Below, one piece after another: positions 17,466 through 25,777 of a DNA stretch of 64,000 nucleotides. How positions within the stretch are numbered: the first letter of the stretch is position 1; every line of letters begins with the position of its first letter. The stretch covers positions 4,257 through 68,256 of the forward strand of contig CABUZJ010000004.1 of assembly GCA_902496015.1 (NCBI GenBank), in the 5' to 3' direction. Position numbers and translations under genes: made by a program. Under the pieces are notes generated by a model. That model did no database searches, was not told the origin of the DNA, and worked only from the letters and a program-made list of their open reading frames with translations. The DNA is from an uncultured Eubacteriales bacterium (lineage in GTDB: Bacteria > Bacillota > Clostridia > Christensenellales > UBA1242).

Positions 17466-17502
17466 GTGTAGGTCGCAAATACGATTCCCGCTATCAGCTC
17501 CA
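17458..17502 (+). pseudogene. Orphan, decayed tRNA-Thr 3' half (anticodon loop to CCA)
   Basis: TTGGTAA-GGTGT-AGGTC-GCAAA-TACGATT-CCCGC-TATCAGC-T-CCA. The T-stem 5' strand is GCAAA where GCGGG would be needed, so it no longer folds. Confidence 0.7.
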
Positions 17503-17751
17503 GAAATTAAAATCGCTAAAAACAATTTATTTATAGGGATTTATCGATTTTTTATTTTCAATTTTAGAGAGAACTATTCTTTAAAAAATACAATAGATAT
17601 ATTTTTTTAGTGTCGTAGATGACAAAATTTAACCCAAAAATTATGAAGATAAAGACCGTAAACTCATTTTTGAATTTTCGGTCTAAAACTGCCTAAATAC
17701 AACTAATACTCGTCCGGTAAGTGTATATAGGTGTAAAAATTTTTTATTTTA

Positions 17752-18972
17752 TTAACCACAATACATAAACGATGGTTTCTCTATTTTATCCCACATATCT
17801 TTAAGTAAAATACCATTTATATTAGCTTTATTTTCGAATTCTTTACGAGAATTATATTCTTGTTGAAAACTTTTGCAACAAAATACAATATCACAACCTT
17901 CATTTCTTTTAGAATTTTTATTGGCTTTTAAAAACACCTCATATACTTCATTATTGTATTCAAATAACATTTCACTATAAAAATATAAGCCATTAACAAA
18001 TTCATTAAAAGTTGCTTTAAATGGCAATCCTTTTTTGTATTGTTCTTTTGCAGTTGTTGGAGTTACAAGCATAGGATAACTTACCCCCGCTTTCTTTTCT
18101 AATTCTTTTTCATTTTTACTAAATTTCCAACCACAGTTTTTACACTCACCATTACCATATTGATCTTGCATTGCAACATTCCCACAAATTGAACATTTTA
18201 CTAATTGGTCTTTAACATAAGGGTCATCATATTTAAAATATTTAAAGTTATTTTCATTTAAACCAGAAACATTTTTATTTTGTTTTTCCCATTTAAAATG
18301 AATTAAATCTTTCCAATTTAAATCTTTTGTCCATTCATAAGTTGTTGGTAAAAATTGTTTGATATTACCTTTCATTGTTTTAAATGGTTCATCATAACAC
18401 AAAACAATACTTGGTTTTATGCGCTTTAACATTTCATTATATCCTAACATAAATTCTTCTTCACAATTCTCTCTATAATAAGTGCATACTGCAACTATCG
18501 ATCCTTCTTCAATCCCATCAAAACAAAATTCAAAACTTCTTTCATCACCCCATGAAATTGTTGGAATAACCTTTAACCCTTTGCTTTGCCAATATGCTCC
18601 ACACCAACGATTTTTAAAAACACTTTCAATTTGAAGTGCAATTGGCATATTTGTAAATATAGAAAAGTCAGGACTCAAAAGGCAATAATATTGCTTTAAT
18701 TTTTCTAATTCTTCCTCTGCATTTTCATAAACTTTTTCAAATTTCCAATCGTATGTGAAAAAATGTATAGTTTTATCTTTATTCTTATTATCATCTGTTT
18801 TAGCATTAACATAACTTAAAAATTCAATTTTATTTACATCAATATCTTGCTTTTTTATCTTAGGAAATTCATATTTGCCACAAGAATTATTTTGAAAAAG
18901 GAATTCATTCCTAACAAGTTTTTGTTTTTTCTTTTGTTTTTCAATTTCATATTCATTTAATTGTTTTGTCAT
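17752..18972 (-). CDS. DUF4417-like N-terminal domain + CPCC-type zinc ribbon + unknown C-terminal domain
   Basis: TIHFFTYDWKFE...LSPDFSIF...ESVFKNRWCGAYWQSKGLKVIPTISW resembles DUF4417. CSICGN...CKNCGW is a Cys4 ribbon. Confidence 0.55.
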   Translation of the reverse strand: MTKQLNEYEIEKQKKKQKLVRNEFLFQNNSCGKYEFPKIKKQDIDVNKIEFLSYVNAKTDDNKNKDKTIHFFTYDWKFEKVYENAEEELEKLKQYYCLLSPDFSIFTNMPIALQIESVFKNRWCGAYWQSKGLKVIPTISWGDERSFEFCFDGIEEGSIVAVCTYYRENCEEEFMLGYNEMLKRIKPSIVLCYDEPFKTMKGNIKQFLPTTYEWTKDLNWKDLIHFKWEKQNKNVSGLNENNFKYFKYDDPYVKDQLVKCSICGNVAMQDQYGNGECKNCGWKFSKNEKELEKKAGVSYPMLVTPTTAKEQYKKGLPFKATFNEFVNGLYFYSEMLFEYNNEVYEVFLKANKNSKRNEGCDIVFCCKSFQQEYNSRKEFENKANINGILLKDMWDKIEKPSFMYCG

Positions 18973-18983
18973 ATTATCTCCTT

Positions 18984-19277
18984 TTAAGAATATAAATTAT
19001 AATCCGTATCTAAATTATTAGGATTTCTGTCTGGATAACCTTTTTCCCAATTCCAATTATGATCGTGTGGAAAAGTATGATTGTTGTGTGCGTCTTGATG
19101 GTTATAATCTCTATTTCTTATTACATTTCCTTTTGAATCAAACCATCTGCTTTGGACTTTTTCTCCATTCACATATAAGTCATATCTTGAATTTGGTTTT
19201 GCTCCACTTGTTGGTAAATCACCACGTTTACCATCTACTCGTTCAATTGTTCTATTAGGCACTCCTCCTGAACCCAT
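18984..19277 (-). CDS. 97-aa His/Asn/Trp-rich protein resembling a detached C-terminal toxin tip
   Basis: GSGGVPNRT...RWFDSKGNVIRNRDYNHQDAHNNHTFPHDHNWNW. 11-nt gap to the downstream DUF4417 gene. Confidence 0.4.
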   Translation of the reverse strand: MGSGGVPNRTIERVDGKRGDLPTSGAKPNSRYDLYVNGEKVQSRWFDSKGNVIRNRDYNHQDAHNNHTFPHDHNWNWEKGYPDRNPNNLDTDYNLYS

Positions 19278-19423
19278 TATAACACCTCCTATTGATTTTT
19301 AATTAAAATATTTTAAAAAAATGCAAAAGGTTGAAGAAATGAAAATTTTCTTCAACCTTTATATATCTGCATTATATCATACAAATTTTCAAAATCAATA
19401 CTTGTATGTCATTTTTCTCAAAA

Positions 19424-21069
19424 TTACATTTCAAAACTTTTTTCTCTTTGTTCTTTGTAATAATCATAGCCACCTAAATAAGTTGTGATTTTTCTATCTT
19501 TGAATTCTATAGTTTTATCAGCAAATTTATTAATAAAAAATCTATCATGACTTACAAAAATTAAAGTTCCATCAAAATCTTCAATTGCATCTTCTAACAC
19601 TTCTTTTGTTGTAATATCTATATAGTTTGTCGGCTCATCAAAAATCAATGTATTAATTCTCTTTTGTAAAAGTTCAGCTAACTTTACACGAATTTTTTTT
19701 CCGCCCGATAAGTTTTTTATCCTTTTATCAACATCCTTTTTATAAAATTTAAATGCCGATAAAATTTGACGTGATTTTTGCTCTGAAATTCCGACTTTAG
19801 TTTTAAAATAATCTAGTAATTGCATATCGCCATTTTCAAACTCTATTATTTGTGGTAAATATCCAATTTTAACACTTGGTCCTATATAAACTTCTCCCTC
19901 TACAGTCAAATCTTGCGTACCCATAATTGTGTTAATAAATGTTGATTTACCACTCCCATTTGCTCCAATAAGGGCAACCCTTTCACCTGAAGATATTTGC
20001 AAGTCAACATTATCAATTATTTTTCTTCCATCTGGTGTTTTTACACTCAAATTTTTTGTTTCAATAATGCGTTTGCTTGTTTTTCTTATTTCATCAAAAC
20101 CAATATTAATTTTTTTATGTTCTCTGGGTTTTTCAATAGCTGTTTTTCTCATTCTTTCAAGTTGAGTTTGCAATGTGTGAGCTCTGTCACACATTGTTGA
20201 ACTATTTTTTGCCATACCCATTTGTGCAAAATATTTAATTTGCTCTTCTAATCTTTTCATTACTAACTGTTGGTCATTGTAAGTTGCCAATTGCTTTTCA
20301 TAATCTCTTTGTCTCTCTTTTAAATAGCCAGTATAATTTGTAAAATAAACTTTAGGCTTTCCAAAATCAAGAGCCAAAATTTTATTTGACATTCTATCCA
20401 AAAAGTATCTATCGTGAGAAACTATAACTGTAGCTCCTTTAAAAGATTTTATATATTTCTCCAACCATTCTATACGATCTATGTCTAAATGGTTTGTTGG
20501 TTCATCTAGTAAGAATAAGTCTGGTTTTATAAGTAAAGCTTTTGCAAGTTGAACTAGCGTTTTTTCTCCACCGCTTAGACTATTATATGACTGATATAAA
20601 ATATTTCTATCAATTTTTAAACCCTCAATAACAGTGTTTATATTGACATCAATATCATATCCACCCATCATAGAAAATTTTTCCATTAAATCACAATATT
20701 TATTATAATAATATCATAATCTGTTTCAGGCAAATTCTCATTAAGTTTCTCTTGATAATGCGATAATCTATTATTCATCTCGATTAATTCTTTAAAAACA
20801 TCTATTAAAATATCATGAACTATACGATCGTCTTTAATACCAGACCCAGTTTGATCAAGATACGCAACTTTCGCACCTTTTTTTATATTAACTTTACCAG
20901 TATCCATTCTTTCTAATCCTGCAATAATTTTCAACAATGTTGTTTTGCCACAACCATTAGGCCCAACTATTGAAATTGATTCTCCTTCATTCAACGAAAA
21001 AGAGACATCTTCAAAAAGTTGTTCATGACCAAAATTTTTACTCAATTTATCTGCATTTAAAATTATCAT
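19424..21069 (-). pseudogene. ABC-F (ARE/EttA-like) ATPase interrupted by a frameshift
   Basis: ORF 20686-21069 holds Walker A GPNGCGKTT. ORF 19424-20686 holds LSGGEKT, a second GANGSGKST and LSGGKK. Removing one nt in ATTATTATAATAA (~20695-20715) restores ...DYDIIxNKYCDLMEKFSMMGGYD. Confidence 0.8.
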
Positions 21070-21770
21070 AAAATCACCTATTTGTAGGATAACATAAATC
21101 TTATTAAATGTAAATGTTGCGACAAAAAAGTATTTATTGTAATATAATCTAGCTTAAGGATAATATATATTATATTATATATAATGAGAAAAGTTTGGGC
21201 TCAATATTAATAGCAGTTTTATCAATTGTCGAAAGCAATATAAAAAGAGCTGTTAATAATTGTAAAAATATTTGTTTTATTTATCCTTTTAAATGTATTA
21301 ACAATGAAAAAATCATACAACTTATTAATATAATTTTTTTGGCTTGTCAAATATGAATCAATATAAATTGGTAAGCAAGTATATAATCAATAATACAATT
21401 CTTAGTTTTTCTATCCCAAAATAAGAAATAATCTTTGCAAATGAACATTTCAAAACTCAATTATATTTCTTGATAATTTTAACAGTTAATGAGTTAAAAA
21501 ATAAATCACTAAAATTAATTATGATATTAAATTTAATTTTAACAAAAAACAAAGATTTGAACAATCAAGATTTGATATACCTCTGGGGGGAAATACTTAA
21601 ATTTTTTGATGGCATTAAACATTTTTCCTTTCACATTCACGATAAAAATAAAAATTTGTTGATAGACAAAATGTTGAAAAAATACACGTCATCTTATCTA
21701 TAAGCCCTAGTTTAAAAACAAAAAATATATTCATTACTATGAATATGTTATAATCATAAAGAGAAATAAA

Positions 21771-22106
21771 GTGTACAACAAATTAAAAGATACAGTAAAA
21801 CAAGGATGTGAACTAGCACCATATGCAATTTTTGAATATATGGATAATGATAAAGATAAATTATACTCTACTTATTATCAAATATTTTTTAATAGTTTCA
21901 AAAATATAGAATTAATTTGCCATGCAATTTATATCAAAGCATACACTCAAGCGGGTGCTTTGTTACGCATACTAATAGAGCAAGTTTCAACTTTACAATT
22001 GTTATTAGATAACCCAAATATATTATATGAATATAATAAATTCGCAGAATTAAAATTAAATTATGCCATGAATAATAAAGATACTATAAATGAAATAAAA
22101 AATTAA
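21771..22106 (+). CDS. Hypothetical 111-aa ORF, possibly the intact head of a decayed gene
   Basis: ORF only. Downstream frames are stop-riddled up to ~22470. Confidence 0.25.
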   Translation: MYNKLKDTVKQGCELAPYAIFEYMDNDKDKLYSTYYQIFFNSFKNIELICHAIYIKAYTQAGALLRILIEQVSTLQLLLDNPNILYEYNKFAELKLNYAMNNKDTINEIKN

Positions 22107-22635
22107 AAAACAGAGCAATATAAAATCTAGTATATTAAATTTTTGTGATTATGGTTAGTTATTGAAATTAGGAGAAACCAACTTATCAATTAACACAATA
22201 GTAGAAAAAGTTAACATTTGTACTTTATCAAAATGGAGACTTTTTTGTAGTAATTTTGTACGTAATTCAATTTTTCCCTTCAACTTAATAATAAAGGAAT
22301 AGATTATTATATTAAGAATTTTATTTACATTATGGCTATTATCTACGACCATTTACTTTGTCTTTTTCATAATATAAATGGTTTTAATTTTATCTATAAT
22401 GGTATAGATTACAAAAAGATGTTTATTAATCGATTTAACTTTGTTACACAACAACGCAAAAATGAAGATAAAAAATAAATTTTTTATTATATGTAACAGT
22501 ATAGTTATAAAAAATATTAAAATGCTTTATCATATTTGATTACAATTGACTCATTTTAAACATTAAAATAGATATATAAATATTCTCTAATAGAGATTTA
22601 ATATTTAACAAAAAAATAATCAAATTATTTAATTA

Positions 22636-22720
22636 TTTTTAGGCAGTCCAAAATCATCTTAAGTAGAGGTGTCATGTGATAAATTAGCATAATTGTCAAA
22701 TGGTGCCTACAAGTTTGTAT
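22636..22720 (+). repeat. Divergent partial copy of repeat family R
   Basis: TTAGGCAGT..AAAATCA..GTAGAGGTGTCATGTGA..GGTGCCTACAAGTTTG compared with R1. Confidence 0.45.
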
Positions 22721-22966
22721 TTTGAAAGCAAAAGAAAAACACCAGCAGTTCTTCTAGTAATTAAAAATTTATTATAATTTTATTAAATAATTACAAGTTA
22801 ATGTTTAAACATTTAATTGTAAAATTAAAACTTAAATATTTTTAATATAAATAATTTTATTAATTTCATATTTAACAATTTTATTTAAGAAAATTTCTAT
22901 TTAAAATAAAGTGTCTCAAATTTGCAAAACATATGATTTTTATAAAGAATATAGTAAATTACACTA

Positions 22967-23752
22967 TCAGTTCATCAATTTGATTTCTATTCCTACAACT
23001 CCATATTTTGATTGTTTTTCTTTGCTATAATATTTTTCCATGTCCATTGAATTACATAATTCATTTTTTTCATATCCTAACTGAAAATTACTAAAATTTT
23101 GATACAACTGTTTAAAATTATCAAAAATATGCAATTCTACAACCCTACACCACATTCTTTCTCCATTTTCTTTATTGCTAAATATAATTATATCATTAGG
23201 TTTAATTTGGCTTATTTTTTCATCATACAAACGCATTTCAATATTTTTATTTCCAGTTTTTATTCTGTTAAAAGGTTTGCTATTTAATTGCATCAAATGT
23301 TTTTTACAATCATCATTATAAATATGTTCATTTTTAAACCATTTATATAATCCTTCTATTTGTTCAGGTTTATGTTTAAAACCACATTTTTTATAAAATT
23401 CTAAACTCCCTTTTGTTGGCAAAAGTTCCAAAATAAACTCATCTCTTTCATTTACAAATGTTTGAATTTGCATTGAAATATCGTTAATAATCTGTTTCCC
23501 AATTCCTTGTTTTTGATATTCTGGTTTAACTATTACATCACACAAAAGACCGTGAGTGGCAAAATCTCCAACAACCCTTGCCATACCCACAATCTCACCA
23601 TCAATAACAGCACACGAGACAAACATAGAGTGTTTTAAAGAACACTCAACCTCTTTATCTTTTAAAATTTTCCAACCAACAGAAATTTGCAGTTTTTGAA
23701 AGTCTTCACTTGATAAATTTCTAACAATATCCACTTTAATCTTCCTTAACAT
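22967..23752 (-). CDS. GNAT N-acetyltransferase fused to a C-terminal ASCH (PUA-like) domain
   Basis: VKPEYQKQGIGKQII is GNAT motif A. C-terminal LNSKPFNRIKTGNKNIEMRLYDEK...GVVGIEIK is ASCH-like. Confidence 0.65.
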   Translation of the reverse strand: MLRKIKVDIVRNLSSEDFQKLQISVGWKILKDKEVECSLKHSMFVSCAVIDGEIVGMARVVGDFATHGLLCDVIVKPEYQKQGIGKQIINDISMQIQTFVNERDEFILELLPTKGSLEFYKKCGFKHKPEQIEGLYKWFKNEHIYNDDCKKHLMQLNSKPFNRIKTGNKNIEMRLYDEKISQIKPNDIIIFSNKENGERMWCRVVELHIFDNFKQLYQNFSNFQLGYEKNELCNSMDMEKYYSKEKQSKYGVVGIEIKLMN

Positions 23753-23850
23753 TTTTTAATTTTATATAATTATAAGTTAATCATTGTATAATTTAAAGTT
23801 AATTTTAACATATTTTTTTATTTTTAATAATATTAAAAATGAATATATAA

Positions 23851-23945
23851 AAATTTAAACATATTTACAAATTTCTAGGCAATTTTGAACCACTTAATTT
23901 TATTAAAAATATTTGACTTGGTTTATGTATGTTTACAATTTTGTG
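23851..23945 (+). repeat. Partial copy (5' ~95 nt) of repeat family R abutting the stop of the epimerase gene
   Basis: AAATTTAAACATATTTACA..TAGGCAATTTTGAACCACTTAATTTTATTAAAAATAT aligns with 481-575. Confidence 0.7.
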
Positions 23946-23948
23946 CAT

Positions 23949-25025
23949 TTAATTGTTTTTAATTTTATAAAATTCTTTATACCATTTAGCAAATTGTTTT
24001 AAACCTTGCCTTAATGAAGTTTGTGGCTTAAAGCCAGTTGCCTTCTCTAATGCCTTTGTGTCAGCATAAGTAACTGCAACATCTCCCATTTGCATTGGAA
24101 CCAACTCCTTATGCGAATCAAAGTCATAGTTCTTAGGCAAAATTTCCTCTTCAATCAATTCTTCTTGTAAAATATTAACAAATTCAAGTAAATTCTCAGG
24201 ATTTCCATTCCCAATATTAAATAATTGATAAGGTGGATTTGGCAATCCATCATCTCCAATAGATTTTTCTGGTGGAAGTTGCATAATTCTAACAATGCCT
24301 TCAATTATATCATCTATATATGTGAAGTCCCTTTTACAATTACCATAATTAAAAATTTTAATTTTTTCACCCTTAATTAGTTTATTTGTAAAGCCAAAAT
24401 AAGCCATATCAGGTCTTCCTGCCGGACCATAAACTGTGAAAAATCTTAACCCAGTAGAAGGAATGTTATATAATTTTGCATATGCATGTGCTATAAGTTC
24501 ATTAGATTTTTTTGTCGCCGCATAAAGTGAAATTGGATTATCTACCATATCTTGCGTAGAGTAAGGAATTTTTTTATTATTTCCATATACCGAAGATGAT
24601 GAAGCATAAACTAAATGCTCCACAGGAAAATGTCTGCATGCTTCTAAAATATTATAAAAGCCTAAAATATTGCTTTCTATGTATGCATCTGGGTGGTCAA
24701 TTGAATATCTTACCCCTGCTTGTGCAGCAAGATTAACCACAATGTTAGGCTTATTTTCACTAAACACCTTTTGTATAAATTCTTTATCTGCAATGTTTCC
24801 TTTTATAAACTTAAAATCTGTATTCGACTTAGTTTGTGCAATCTCATTAATTTTTTCAAGCCTATATTCTTTAAGAGAAACATCATAATAGTCGCATAAA
24901 TTATCTATGCCTATTATTTTACAACCCTCAATATCTTTTATTAACCTTTGGGCAAGAAATGCACCAATAAACCCTGCAACTCCAGTTATTAATATTGTTT
25001 TGTTTTTTAAATTTAATTTTTCCAT
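23949..25025 (-). CDS. NAD-dependent nucleotide-sugar epimerase (UDP-glucuronate 4-epimerase-like SDR)
   Basis: ITGVAGFIGAFL Rossmann motif, SSSSVYG, YAATKKSNE (YxxxK). Confidence 0.8.
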   Translation of the reverse strand: MEKLNLKNKTILITGVAGFIGAFLAQRLIKDIEGCKIIGIDNLCDYYDVSLKEYRLEKINEIAQTKSNTDFKFIKGNIADKEFIQKVFSENKPNIVVNLAAQAGVRYSIDHPDAYIESNILGFYNILEACRHFPVEHLVYASSSSVYGNNKKIPYSTQDMVDNPISLYAATKKSNELIAHAYAKLYNIPSTGLRFFTVYGPAGRPDMAYFGFTNKLIKGEKIKIFNYGNCKRDFTYIDDIIEGIVRIMQLPPEKSIGDDGLPNPPYQLFNIGNGNPENLLEFVNILQEELIEEEILPKNYDFDSHKELVPMQMGDVAVTYADTKALEKATGFKPQTSLRQGLKQFAKWYKEFYKIKNN

Positions 25026-25042
25026 AATTCACCTAATTTATA

Positions 25043-25777
25043 TTACTTAGTTATTTCATATTCTTCTTTTACTTTATTATAACTAATTATATCACCTATA
25101 TCAAACCTTTTTCCCGGCATTTCTTTAGCATATAAAGTTGAATTCTTTGCTAGCCACCCAATAAAACTTCCTGGTGCATCAACGCCACATCCGCTGTTTA
25201 TAGCCTCATCTAATAAATTAATGTCGTTTTTTATTAAATAATAAAATGGTGGCACTACCCAATTTGAAGATGGCTTTTTTGGTTTTTCTTCCATAAAATT
25301 AACTTTGCCAGTTTGATCAAAATTAACTACTCCACTTTTCGTTAATTTACTTTCGTCATTTTCATAATATGCAAGAATACACGATGCTTTTTTTTGTTTC
25401 GCATAATCAACAAAACTAGCAAGAGAAAAGTCAAGTAAATTGTCACCTGCTATAACAAGCAAATCTTCATCTATATTTTTACTTTTTATTGCCAACTTTA
25501 AATCATTAACTGCCCCAAGCCTGTTTTCATTAGTTGTTGTATTGTCATCAATAATAGAAATATTATATTTTTTTTCATCTGCCCATTTTTGAAAAATTGA
25601 AGCAAATTTATGATTTGTTACAACAAATATTTCATCAATACCACAATTATAAGTCAAATCATCTAAAAGCCAATCTAAAACAGTTTTCCCTTTTACTTGT
25701 AAAAGTGGTTTTGGAAAATTTTTAGTTATTGGATAAAGCCTTGTTGCATATCCTGCTGCCAAAACTACACATTTCAT
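25043..25777 (-). CDS. Sugar-1-phosphate nucleotidyltransferase
   Basis: VVLAAGYATRLYPIT...PKPLL is the NTP_transferase signature. Confidence 0.75.
   Translation of the reverse strand: MKCVVLAAGYATRLYPITKNFPKPLLQVKGKTVLDWLLDDLTYNCGIDEIFVVTNHKFASIFQKWADEKKYNISIIDDNTTTNENRLGAVNDLKLAIKSKNIDEDLLVIAGDNLLDFSLASFVDYAKQKKASCILAYYENDESKLTKSGVVNFDQTGKVNFMEEKPKKPSSNWVVPPFYYLIKNDINLLDEAINSGCGVDAPGSFIGWLAKNSTLYAKEMPGKRFDIGDIISYNKVKEEYEITK

Noticed and set aside
21470-22352. Small ORFs 21470-21703 (+) and 22155-22352 (-).
   Set aside because: They have no RBS or recognisable motifs, sit in an extremely AT-rich, stop-riddled region, and are probably debris of a decayed gene.
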